A DNA stretch of 64,000 bases, from assembly GCA_964016885.1 (NCBI GenBank), contig OZ024745.1:36580001-36644000 (forward strand), written 5' to 3'. The number at the start of each line of letters is the position of its first letter. Within the stretch, counting starts at the first letter, position 1. The DNA is from Eledone cirrhosa. Its lineage: Eukaryota. The notes beneath the pieces are model-generated. The model was given only the letters and a program-made list of their open reading frames with translations. It did not search any database and was not told the origin of the DNA. Shown one piece after another: positions 38,805 through 50,468 of the stretch. A program made the position numbers and the translations under genes.

Positions 38805-39345
38805 GCAAGATTCTTTATCTGAAAACGTGTGTTAAAACCGATATTGTTATACTTTGGGAGGGTCAAGTTGCAAATAATAAACACACGCACCAGTTATTTC
38901 ACTCCAATTTATCATAAATTAAATTATAAATTTTTTTTTAAATGTATATATTTTCGGTTGGTTGGTTGGTTCCACAACCGGACGGTTGTTCATATATTGT
39001 CAAAGTTCTTTCGTCACACATTCTGTGACCTCTTCAGTGACTGGGATTCTTTTCTTTGTTTTGTGCCTATCCTTTGTTGTGTCCTACGCCAAACAATATG
39101 GCGTTGGACAGAACAAAGGAGAGGCACAAAACAAAGAAAGGAATCCCCAGTCACTGAAGAGGTCACAGAATATGTGACGAAAGAACTTTGACAATATATG
39201 AACAACCGTCCGGTTGTAGAACCAACCAACCAACCGGAAATTTATTAATTTTTTTTAAATGTATAATTTAATTTATAATAAATTGGATTGAACGCGTAAG
39301 TGCGTGTGTTTCTTATTGGCAACATGACCCTCCAAAATTAAAACA

Positions 39346-39349
<4 letters not shown>
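38805..39349. mobile_element. Fold-back PLE pseudo-LTR palindrome (arms ~250 bp, apex ~39094), TA-flanked
   Basis: Mirror ORFs MVGSTTGRLFIYCQSSFVT.. on both strands; homologous to the 3' end of the PLE at 55390-56270. Confidence 0.92.
39150..39192 (+). ncRNA. Minimal type-I HHR (inverted copy at 38999-39041, minus strand)
   Basis: GTCA-CTGAAGA-G-GTCACA(GAATA)TGTGAC-GAAA-GAAC-TT-TGAC. Confidence 0.8.
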
Positions 39350-39429
<80 letters not shown>

Positions 39430-39430
<1 letters not shown>

Positions 39431-39622
39431 GAACAAGTAAGACCCCGACGGCTGAGCTCAAGCCGTTTCGACGGCTAATTCTGGAGTCCAGAATTAGCCG
39501 TCGAAACGGCTTGAGTTCAGCCGTCGGGGTCTTACTTGTTCCTATTACCCACTCTACTACCCTAAGTATTGAGTACTTTGGTGCGTTATGGTCCACCTGG
39601 TTCCTTACCACATTTCCTTCGT
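39430..39622 (+). mobile_element. Hairpin mini-element family H1
   Basis: Near-perfect ~53-bp-arm hairpin GAACAAGTAAGACCCCGACGG...CCGTCGGGGTCTTACTTGTTC plus shared tail. Confidence 0.88.
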
Positions 39623-39639
39623 TATATATATATATAGAG

Positions 39640-41420
39640 AGAGATTTTGAGTTTATGTTGGTTGTACAACCGTACACTATGTTCTTCTTGAGACATTCAT
39701 TACCAAGGGGGCATGATTCATATGAATGTCTCAAGAAGAACATAGTGTATGTTGTAGGGTTAAAAACTCCAACTCCGAACACCTCTACATAGGACCCACA
39801 TCAACGAGCTTTAAGGACCGCTGGTACAACCATCGCCATTCATTCAAGAAGGAGGCCAAAAGGAAAAGCACAGCTCTCTCCGACCTGATCTGGAAGCTTA
39901 AGCTGGACAGGACCCCATACTCTCTGGCCTGGTACATAATCAGGAAAGTACCACCCGATAAAGGGGGATCTTGCATATGCAAACTATGCCTGAACGAGAC
40001 CCTCGAGATACTAAGAGGTGGAAGCGGCCTGATAAACCTCAGAACCGACTTCTTCGGGACATGCAGACACCTTAGAGCCGGGACCTTTCTCAAAATATAT
40101 GGACAGTAGCAACACAAGAAGATGTGAACTCCCCTCAAGCTATAGGGACTTCTACAGAACATGAAAACACCTCTCGGCCAGACCTCCCTCAAGCTATATG
40201 GGCAATAACAACACCCTAGGTTGTGAACTCCCCTCAAGCCATAGGGAACAACCCAGGCGGAGCAGACACCATGATAGCCTAGAGATAGAATCGGACACAG
40301 CCATAATAATTTGGCCAACATCTATAACACAAACACTTTTAATTTACCAGATTTCTGACTTTCAAGTTCCAATCTTAAATCTTGATTTCTCTTTATTATT
40401 TTGTTATTTGTTTTCTGCCCTCTTCACTGTATCACCCTATATTTATTTTAAGTTGAGATAGATTATAACACAAACACATTGAATATCTCATCTTAACATC
40501 TTGTATCATACCAATCTATCCAACATATTCTGACCTTGAGATTGGTTATAGCACACACACACACACTTTATCCTACATTATTTCTCACTTCTCCATATAC
40601 ATTATCATTACTTTTTCACCAATCTCTCATTTACTCTTTATTCTTTATTCTCTATTTATTTATTTATTTTCAAATTACACAAATTATATTAATTATTTTA
40701 TTTTATTATATTATTTATTTATTTTCTGTTTTCTTCATTTATTGTCTTATATTTCTTCATATACATGAAAGAACCCTCACCCACCACCACCACCACCACC
40801 ACCACTACGATGGTGGCGGGAGGGATGAAGAGAAAACACAAACTGGATACTTCTAAATTGTTAGCAGCAGCAAAATATAAGCTGACCACTACAACAACAA
40901 CAGTACCAAAATAATGGTGGAGGTCAAATGTACTGAACAATAGCAGGCAAAAACACTACAGGGAGCCTCACCCCAGAAAGAATTCTATAGACTTCTGACT
41001 GAGGAATGCTCTCAGAACTGAACAATGGGAAGTTTGACACTTTTTTTTTTTTATTTTGTTCCTTTAACACCTTGTCCCTTCTACCATTTTATCAATTTTT
41101 AAGCTAACTCCAACAATAACAACACTTAGAATGAGGAATGTTCTAATAACTGACCAATGAGAGGAGAAGGGGACCTGTGACACGAAAATTCGTTTGTTTG
41201 AATTCATATGACTCCAGTTCCCCAGTGAATTAACAACCCAACAAGGAACTGGGCATATCAGAGTATTGACAATATCATACACCTAAACAACATATGTACT
41301 TGTCTATACCATACTAATTCAAACTGCCTGAAGAGGTCACAGCCAAAGATGGCTGTCACTGAAATATATATAGCAGTAATAAACGAAGCTAAATTTTAAT
41401 CATTTGACTTTTATTTAACT
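39640..41420 (+). mobile_element. 5'-truncated PLE with GIY-YIG remnant, short 5' inversion and 3' HHR
   Basis: ORF 39726-40109: LYIGPTSTSFKDRWYNH..LSDLIWKLK..CKLCLNE..LINLR..CRH; the inverted 39640-39720 piece encodes SCPLGNECLKKNIVYGC. Confidence 0.82.
41323..41377 (+). ncRNA. Minimal type-I HHR followed by AATAAA
   Basis: ACTGC-CTGAAGA-G-GTCACAGCC(AAAGAT)GGCTGTCACT-GAAA-TATATA-TA-GCAGT. Confidence 0.82.
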
Positions 41421-41421
41421 T

Positions 41422-41469
<48 letters not shown>

Positions 41470-41471
<2 letters not shown>

Positions 41472-42046
41472 AAGTATGTACACGTACATACATATATGCA
41501 TACAGACGTACAGTAGTTTGTATATATATACATACATGCACACATATATATATGTACGTATATATTTAAGTAACAGCCGTACTAAGAGTGGGAAATGAAA
41601 TTTCGTTTCATTTATTCCGTTTATCGTTTTCGGTGCACCCGGCCGATTAAACCACTCGATATGCAAATTGGGCTACTCAGCCGTTAATATGCATAAGGTA
41701 AGTATATACGTTCAACAATCTGGCAGGAAGGTATACGTTGCTGACGATAGCTAATAAGATTGAAACTAGTACAGCGTTCCTTTGTCAGTGTTGAACAAAC
41801 GAGCAACGATGGTTGCTAGACACTATGGCTTAATACGGGATGTTTGTTTACAAACACCCCGAGCATTATAATAAATGTTCGGTGAATCCATACGTACATA
41901 TATATATGTGTGCATGTATGTATATATATATATACATACTACTGTACGTCTGTATGCATATATGTATGTACGTGTACATACTTATATTTAAGTAACAGCC
42001 GTACTAAAAGTGGGAAATGAAATTTCGTTTCATTTTTTTCGTTTAT
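41470..42046 (+). mobile_element. Retrozyme-like permuted monomer (~422-nt unit) with 5' inversion
   Basis: Direct repeat 41562-41625/41984-42046; 41470-41561 is the reverse complement of 41890-41983; one internal HHR. Confidence 0.7.
41736..41776 (+). ncRNA. Minimal type-I HHR (weak stem II)
   Basis: CGTTG-CTGACGA-TAGCTAATAAGATT-GAAA-CTAG-TA-CAGCG. Confidence 0.65.
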
Positions 42047-42057
42047 ATATATATATA

Positions 42058-42857
42058 TATGAATGACGTAAAATAAGAAAATTATAAAAATTATAAAAAT
42101 TAACTTACTTACTAAAATTTCACTCCAACTAATTAGTTTCTGAAATGGAATACACATGGTTTCTAAATGGAAAGCATGGAAAAGCCGTTTCGTCATCAGG
42201 AAGTCTGTTCTCAGCTAAGATACCTGGCGATGCGTGGACACAGGGAACTTATACAAAAATAATGGATGGAAAAAAGCAAGCGTGGACTAATTTCAAGACA
42301 TTGAAAAAATCACTGCCTACTTGGTCGGTGGCAAATTCAAAAGAATCAATCACGTGACATTGAGGTTAATCAGTGAGGAGTGGCGTCTTAAAAAGACAGT
42401 AGCCAAGCCGTTACTATGAACTATAGTAGCAGTTTTGGCAAATTTTTGCTCAACAAAATAATTTGGAGATAATTATAAAGAATTAGTATATCTACCAACA
42501 TATATATACAGATGCATACCTATGCTAGCAAATATATAGGTTTTGTCTTAGTAACTTTGTGGTTCAATGCAAGGGGATGCAGAACAATTATATGAATGAC
42601 GTAAAATAAGAAAATTATAAAAATTAATTTACTTACTAAAATTTCACTCCAACTAATTAGTTTCTGAAAAGGAATAAACATGGTTTCCAAATGGAAAGTA
42701 AGTTAATTTTTTATAATTTTCTTATTTTACGTCATTCATATAATTGTTTTGCATCCCCTTGCATTGAACCACAAAGTTACTAAGACAAAACCTATATATT
42801 TGCTAGCATAGGTATGCATCTGTATATATATGTTGGTAGATATACTAATTCTTTATA
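42058..42857 (-). mobile_element. Retrozyme-like 1.2-mer (~524-nt HHR-to-HHR unit) with a ~160-bp fold-back
   Basis: Direct repeat 42058-42175/42590-42697; inverted repeat 42474-42633/42696-42857. Confidence 0.78.
42122..42204 (-). ncRNA. Type-I HHR with extended stem/loop II
   Basis: Minus strand: ACTTC-CTGATGA-C-GAAACGG...CCATTTC-A-GAAA-CTAATTAG-TT-GGAGT. Confidence 0.72.
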
Positions 42858-42918
42858 TATATATATATGTGTATATATATATATATATACTTGTATATAT
42901 ATATAGAGAGAGAGAGAG

Positions 42919-43340
42919 ATAGATAAATATACACGGGTGTGTATGATTGTGTATAGAAGATTATATTAATAAGAGGAATTCCAACTTTGACTGATTTACT
43001 CGTTTTATTTACAATCCTTTAACATTTATAATGGTATTATAATGAAATAGTATGATAGAATATTAAATGTTAAGTGTTAATTGAACAAGTACTTTCATGC
43101 TTTCGCAATCTTCAGGTTCATGTGTGGTGACAGTCAAGTTTGCAATTTTCAACTGTTGAAAATTGCAAACTTGACTGTCACCACACATGATGAACCTGAA
43201 GATTGCGAAAGCATGAAAGTACTTGTTCAATTAACACTTAACATGTAATATTATGTCATACTATTTCATTATAATACCATTATAAATGGTAAAGATTGTA
43301 AATAAAACGAGTAAATCAGACAAAGTTGGAATTCCTCTTA

Positions 43341-43348
<8 letters not shown>
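42919..43348. mobile_element. Near-perfect fold-back palindrome (42962-43348, apex ~43154) with an HHR on each strand
   Basis: Apex GCAATTTTCAAC-T-GTTGAAAATTGC; arms ~190 bp with few mismatches. Confidence 0.93.
43191..43229 (+). ncRNA. Canonical minimal type-I HHR (identical inverted copy at 43082-43120, minus strand)
   Basis: TGAAC-CTGAAGA-T-TGC(GAAA)GCA-T-GAAA-GTAC-TT-GTTCA. Confidence 0.88.
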
Positions 43349-43376
<28 letters not shown>

Positions 43377-43427
43377 ACGTTTTTGTCAGACTAAGTGTGT
43401 CTAGGTATGTATCTCCTCATTGTATTT

Positions 43428-43592
43428 GACACCACCAACACATCCACCACACCACCATAAACACCATTACCATAAACAACAACACCACACCCACACCACA
43501 CCCACACCACACCCACACCACACCACACCCACACCACACCCACACCACACCCACACCACACCCACACCACACCCACACCACACCCACACCAA
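43428..43592. repeat. (CCACACCCACA)n-like repeat inside the TA-flanked segment 43376-44046
   Basis: Direct sequence. Confidence 0.9.
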
Positions 43593-44045
43593 ACACAATA
43601 ATCACCCACAAATATACGCCAATCTGTTTACCAACAATCCGCCCACCCCGCACAACACCGTCCACCTCAGCCTGCGACCGTTACCACCATCTTATCTTCA
43701 CATCCACCCCCACATACAATACAAGCGAAAACATCCCTATGATCTATTCCACCAATCAAAACAATCCTTATTGACCAACATATGAAGTTCTGACTTTATC
43801 ATATAGCATGTATTCATTTTCTACTAGCATTTTAAGGGGTCCGTCCAGCTGCGGATTACAGAGTCGGGTAAGATCGATACAGATCGAACCTCGAGCTGAT
43901 CAGTGGCGAAAGGCGGGTCACCAACCAATAAATGTAGTGAAGGAGTAACCAATCGTCCTTGTTATCTTTTCAATATAATACACTCTGTATAGCTCTACAC
44001 CTCGACACAGAAGTGAACCTACAGTAACTCCCAGTTACACTCCCT

Positions 44046-44103
<58 letters not shown>

Positions 44104-44519
44104 AAATTCAATAAGACCAAAAATTATTATTATCATTATTATTTATCTATACATCTACGGTCGTTTCAAAGTGGCTAGAGTATTTTATCAATTGTTGAGA
44201 AACAACAGATATTATCAGTCACGTTACTCCATTATAGGTGCTCTACTCAAAACCGTATCTCTTCATAAAATATAATAAAAATAACAATACATTGATTAAT
44301 ATTATAAGACAAATTATCAAGAATAATACAGGATTCACAGTACTGTGCTTTCAAATGGCAATCATACTTGCAAAAGCATAAGCTTGTGTATATATCCTCA
44401 TATATATAACATACACGCACACACTTAGAATTATATATATATGTGTGTGTGTGCGTGTGTGTATGTATATATATATATATATATATATTAAATTGTTAAA
44501 CAATATATAATGATTATGT

Positions 44520-44960
44520 CAAAGAATGACGTTTACAGTAGATTGGAAGCACTCAGCGGTAATAATTTTCTGGAGTTATTAATATTAAAATATAAGTATT
44601 AATAAAATAGATGTTCTTTTGATCAATTACATTTTATTATACATATTTCGAATGTACAACAGTACTTCCTCATCAGACAAAATATAATGATACATGACAT
44701 ACCCTGAGATGTTAAATGGTTAAGATTTAATATTTTGTCTGATGAGGAAGTACTGTTGTACATTCGAAATATGTATAATAAAATGTAATTGATCAAAAGA
44801 ACATCTATTTTATTAATACTTATATTTTAATATTAATAACTCCAGAAAATTATTTTAACGTTGAGTGCTTCCAATCTACTGTAAAACTCATTCTTTGGAA
44901 TTCCTCTTATTAATATAATCTTCTATACACAATCATACACACCCGTGTATATTTATCTAT
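44520..44960. mobile_element. Fold-back palindrome (44520-44897) with an HHR on each strand plus a 66-bp tail
   Basis: ~165-bp arms separated by a ~45-bp spacer. Confidence 0.92.
44732..44784 (+). ncRNA. Type-I HHR (inverted copy at 44631-44683, minus strand)
   Basis: ATTTTGT-CTGATGA-G-GAAGTAC(TGTT)GTACATTC-GAAA-TATGTA-TA-ATAAAAT. Confidence 0.82.
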
Positions 44961-44963
44961 CTA

Positions 44964-45055
<92 letters not shown>

Positions 45056-45317
45056 TGTATGTATATATATATGTATAAAATATATATGTTAGTGGGGCAT
45101 GAACTGTCTTTCATCAAACTAATTGTTTCCCTAGAGACACAACCTAACCATAATCACTCACATATAAATAAATAGAAAAGTTGTGACAATTCAGATGAAT
45201 CTTCACAAAATTCAAAATGTCTATATTAAAACATAGAAGACCGCAAGCTACATCAGCCCGTTCAACTTTATCTGCACTCAAAGTTATTAATATATTTTTC
45301 TTACAATACAACAGTAA

Positions 45318-45885
45318 TGTCAGAGCTGTGATCTCTCAATTCAGAGAAAAAGTGACTCTAGCTGGATCGACTGTCTGATCTCAAATCTATGCACTGTATC
45401 GAGTAACGTTACTCCAAAGACACTTTCGAAGAACCTCATTTCAGCAGCTTGTATTCCCGATCATATTCTTTCAATCATTACCCAAGATCCATGAGCATAA
45501 AAAATATATGGTACGAATACCGAATTGAAAATAGCTAGGTTGGCTTTGGCACCTACCTCACTGCTACTGACTACCGAATGCCGAAATTGGCGCACTATTG
45601 TACCGGCTCCTGAAATTCTTGCCCTTAATTCAGCCTCTGACCTTCCATCACTCATATTAGGGCATGTGGTTAAAATATCTCAAGAAAGAATCGCTGGCCA
45701 GATTTTACGGGTAAAACCAACCGGCAGAAGATCCAGGAGCAGATTTCGAGCAAGATGGTTGGTTAACATCTATGAGCTCGGCTGGTCTCGCTTGGGGATC
45801 TAGCCGGATCAGAATGAAAGGGTTGCATCTGATAGGACCCACTGGATGGGTTCTTTGGGGACTCTACCCCCACGACTCACTCAAG
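45318..45885. mobile_element. RTE-clade non-LTR 3' fragment with 5' inversion (45318-45655 minus, 45656-45885 plus)
   Basis: Minus: ELRARISGA..AIFNSVFVP..Y.HGSWVM..IQAAEMRF..ERSQL; plus: LGHVVK..TGRRSRSR.RARW; ends in an (AAG)n(AAC)n tail. Confidence 0.8.
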
Positions 45886-45930
45886 AAGAAGAAGAAGAAG
45901 AAGAAGAACAAGAAGAAGAAGAAGAAGAAG

Positions 45931-46026
<96 letters not shown>

Positions 46027-46050
46027 AACAACAACAACAACAACAACAAG
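45883..46050. repeat. Compound (AAG)n(AAC)n(GAC)n(AAC)n microsatellite
   Basis: Direct sequence. Confidence 0.95.
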
Positions 46051-46404
46051 GAGATTACACCAGTAATGCTTTTAAAAGTAGGAATGTACCAGATTCATCC
46101 ATAAATTAAGTTTAAAGTGATATACTATAACTGAACGACATAATTAACTAAATGAGAAATCACATCGAAATATATTAAAATACAATATGTATCTGTATAA
46201 TGGAATATATTTTCTAATTCAATCTATAGGTGCAGATATAGTTATATAATTAAACTGTTCGCATTGTAACCACACGAATTCGAATTTAATCTCATTTCGT
46301 GGCTCTAATTTTCACTGAGATCGTAAAATGACAGAATAAATACTGCAAGCCATATTGTCAGGCGCTCTAACCATTCTGACGATCCAATTATGCAAAATAT
46401 ATGC

Positions 46405-46585
46405 TGTGGATTAGCAGTATTGGTAGAGGGTCGGTCGCCATGCTTTGCAGCATAGAGTTACGGCCCTTTACGGTCTGATTTCAAATCCCACCGAGTTAAC
46501 TTTACCTTTCATGCTTATCGACAAAATAAGCACCAGTAATGCACTGGGAGAATTGCTGGTACTGTGCCAAAAGTAGAAACTATTA
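46405..46585 (+). mobile_element. tRNA-derived SINE copy
   Basis: TAGCAGTATTGGTAGAG..TTTCAAATCCCACCGAGTTAACTTTACCTTTCAT..ATTGCTGG. Confidence 0.75.
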
Positions 46586-46589
46586 TTGC

Positions 46590-47480
46590 ATTTGAAATGT
46601 TTAGACGCTTTCCATTGGTCATTTAATCGGTAACGTCTTGTCCTTTTCATCAAACATCAGGATGTGTTTTTGCTTTGAAGCTATTTAAAGGATTTTCGGA
46701 ATAAGGCATCAATGGGTTTCCTCTGATCAGGCTTCGTGAGCTATTGTGTGGCAAAACTTAGATCAGTTCCTAGACGCTGGCCCATCCACAATAAATGGCT
46801 ATGTCCGTGATATTCATATTCCTTCCTACACCATTTGAATTACAAATATCTCTCAATAATGATTTATCATACTCGGTAGCGAAATGAGATGTTTCGTTAC
46901 TGCAGGCGGTATTTTATACATTGTCAGCCATCTTTATATAAATCAAGGAACTGTTAGAGATATAAAGTGTTTCCTTCTGATTATTTTCTTTTCAAACGAC
47001 AGACTTCTTTTACCATAGTAATTGTACTACGGCTTAACACTGTGATTCTCTATTTACATTTTTCTTGTCCAGTGGCATCAAGTTAAAGTTCATACGTACA
47101 GTTTATAAAACAATAATTAAAAGCTACATCTGTAACACAACTTATTTCATGTGCGGTGTACTATATCTGTTATTTCCCTTCATTTTTACGTGACTTAGTC
47201 AACACAGAAATGCAGCGCTCAAAATTATTTTTCAGAGACTAGTGAGAGGAAAAAATCGACACATAGCTCAAATGCTTTCAACTGTCTCGACTCTGCGGAA
47301 GATATTCAAGCGACATGTGCAAGCGTTAACAAGAACAATTTAACATTTGGTTAGCCATCCATAACAACAGAATCGGATATATTTGCATATAAACATTCAA
47401 TTCACGCACTGTTTGTATCATTTTTTATCCCATATGAATGCCACCAAACCTGCTGAATACTGAAGGTTTCGAAATAGGAA
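46590..47480 (-). pseudogene. Possible highly decayed RTE-type RT remnant
   Basis: Minus-strand traces resembling VRELLYAD, KAFGL.ISLKK, LW.G and KR..RY..D..K.S.K.F; many stops. Confidence 0.3.
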
Positions 47481-47881
47481 TGCAACAAACCTAAAATTGC
47501 TTCAGGAAGAAACAGAGTCTTACTCCTGATAATTTAGATATTGGAGGAAGGAAAGATATATATTTTCTGATAACAATAATTGCAAACTGACTTACAAAAT
47601 TGCAATTGTTGTAACTATTACAATTATATCCTAAGTAAAGTGATAAGAAAACACTACGAGTTTAAGATATAAACAATGCTGATAACTATGAAGCAGAGCA
47701 ATGCTGGGATGTATTAATCTCTAAAGGTTAGATGCCTGATAAGGGTTTATTTCGCGAGATTGGGAAGAAAATGTATAATTGCAATTCACAATGTGACAGG
47801 TATAATGAATGGAATAAAATTTCAATGAGTAAAATATTCAAAACGTATTTATAGAAAATAACTACGCATAAAGCAAAAATC

Positions 47882-48321
47882 ATATATATATATATGAATG
47901 TATATATAGTGTATTTTGTAATACACTATATGCTTAATTAAAAAAACTTCGAAGACCTTACGATATTGTTTTAGAGTAGTGACAGTCTCACTTACTTTAA
48001 ATTTTCAGCAAACAGGGGGAGATAAAGCTGACATAGCTCTGTTTCGTACTGATTGATACTTATCAAAGCCAAGTACTCCACCTGTCTGCTGAAAATCATG
48101 AATGTTTGATTCTTATAGAATTCTAGTAATAACCAGGAACTGATTATACAGAGCGGTTGCCGGTCAAGCAGAAATGGAAAATTAGAATTGGTGCCGTGAA
48201 ATAACGATATATATATGAATGTATATATAGTTTATTTTGCAATACACTGTATGCTTAATTAAAAGACCTTACGCTATTGTTTTAGAGTAGTGACAGTCTC
48301 ACTTACTTGGCTTTGATAAGT
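47882..48321 (-). mobile_element. Retrozyme-like 1.3-mer (~315-nt unit) with a short terminal inversion
   Basis: Direct repeat 47882-47997/48207-48308; 48305-48321 is an inverted copy of ~48058-48075. Confidence 0.7.
48026..48070 (-). ncRNA. Type-I HHR, U3:A8 core, GUC site
   Basis: Minus strand: GGCT-TTGATAA-GTAT(CAATCA)GTAC-GAAA-CAGAGCTATG-TC-AGCT. Confidence 0.7.
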
Positions 48322-48479
48322 TCACAGCCCTCCATCCTAAAAGATTAATGACGCAATTTTGATAACAATTCCGGATGCATTATTGCTGGGAAACTTCAAG
48401 CCTGATCATTCAGGATTGGCCTTGTGTTCAGAGAAATCAATAGACTGGCAGTTGCCACAGAGTGCAAGCTTGAGTAGAA

Positions 48480-48560
48480 GTACTAACTGACATACTACAA
48501 TATTTTCCGACTTGGATTTTGCTGATGCAGTCACCGTTTTGAACCAGAAATATTATACTG
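48480..48560 (+). pseudogene. Small RT-motif remnant (RTE-like)
   Basis: TTTTCCGACTTGGATTTTGCTGATGCA encodes FSDLDFADA, resembling DLDFADD. Confidence 0.35.
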
Positions 48561-50468
48561 AGAAATATTCTGTCATGCCAAATATTTCTGTCTAATACAA
48601 ATGTGCTTATATTTGTCATTTCCATCTGCGACACATACTTATCAAAAATAAACGAATCATTAAAATATTACACAACGTACCTACCAACAACTACAATAAC
48701 AACAGCAACAACAACACTAACATCGGAGACAGCGACAACTATCACGTTATATCAGACGTCCCACTAACAGCTTCCAGTAACATACAGACACTTTAACAGC
48801 AACCAAACTCATATATAAATCACTTTTTCCAAATTCGTCAACAAGACCTGTTCGAAAATGATAAGAAAGTAAAATTCTTATCAAACATGAAGCCCAGCGA
48901 AGCAGCAGTACCCAGATGCAACATTCAACTGTTCCCACTTTTAACTTTGACAGAACGTCTTGTCTTTGATATCAACAGTCCAAACCTTTCGTTTTCCAAT
49001 GCACAGCATGGTTTCTGTTCAGTACATACATATTACACAAAGAATATCACATTCATACCTATTACACAACGAAAAAATACTCATATATATTACACAAACA
49101 ATATAACTTATACATATTGCAAAAAGAATACGTGATGGCTTCAAAAATATTTTCCTACAATTTCCATCTTAAATACAATAAACATCAACACAAACGTTAG
49201 CTACATTATGAACACGATACTAATCATCTCTTAAGAAAAAATATAGAAGTCTGGTTCAAAAGAATTTGGAAGCCTACTATTGAACTATAGGTATGTATAC
49301 TTACAATATTCTCACTCATTAAAAAGGAACTACAACCGTAACATACAAACAACATTTAACATGGATAATGCGTTTGCTTCGATCACCAATCTCATAACAG
49401 CGCTTGACACTAAGCCACAAAGAGCACAAAATAGCGTGTTCTGCATATCACTGGTTGCGTATTGAATACACCTACTCATAACCTATACAACAAAACACAA
49501 ATACTCAAAATGAAACGTCATTTCAATATGAAAAATACTCTTTGTTGCTTCACAATCCTCCTTGTCACATACAGAATTAACACCCAAACAGCCAGCTACA
49601 CCTTTCAAACGCCAGAACACTACTACAATACTATCGCTAGCATTCATATCAGAGTAACATTAAAACATTAAACCAAAACACATACACTAGCAAGTAGAGG
49701 CATCATAAGTAGTTTCGCTGACCTCAAAAACTGTGTTTGGATATACAAAATGAATGACAAATGCAGAGGAACAACCTTCATGTGAAACCCATCTCTACTT
49801 GTGCCGAAACTGTAAGTGTCAATTGTAAGGGACAAGGAGAGGAATACATCCAGATTGCTTACCAAATTCCACAGCATAGATTTTAACTATACATAAAATT
49901 GACAATTGTGGAATACTAGAGTTCTATATTGCACGGAGTCATTCGACCAACAACCTATGTGCCATAGATCTGATGATCGAGGATGCGATGTGTCTACACA
50001 ACCGAAATAAGAACAAATGATTACTTTTTATTCCTACAAATCACATCCTTCAGTGAATTCATTGAACTGAGAAATATTTCACATCTAGAAATAGTATTAT
50101 TTACAAGAATGAACCTTGGTGGTTAAGTTCTTCGATTTAAGAATGGTAGTGAGTTCAATTCCCGGCAGTTTATTATGTTCTCGAGAAAGCAACTTTATTT
50201 CACTCACTCTGCACCACTCCACTATTTCAAATAGCCAGTCCTGTCACACAGCGTCTCAATGAATCTCCCCGAATCTCCCTGAGAATTACATACATTGAAA
50301 TTTTCAGCTACTGACACGCACGTTAATTTCACGAGCAACCAATCATTTAGAAGTCTCATCGTCGGAAACAAAGGATGTTCAACTATTTACTAGATTGAAG
50401 TGGGGCAGAGTGAAATAAAGTTTCTTTCTCGAGGACATAATGTACTGCCAGAAATCGAACTCATGCCC

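Noticed and set aside
40990-41035. CTGAGGA-containing HHR candidate
   Set aside because: No GAAA or valid cleavage triplet in register.
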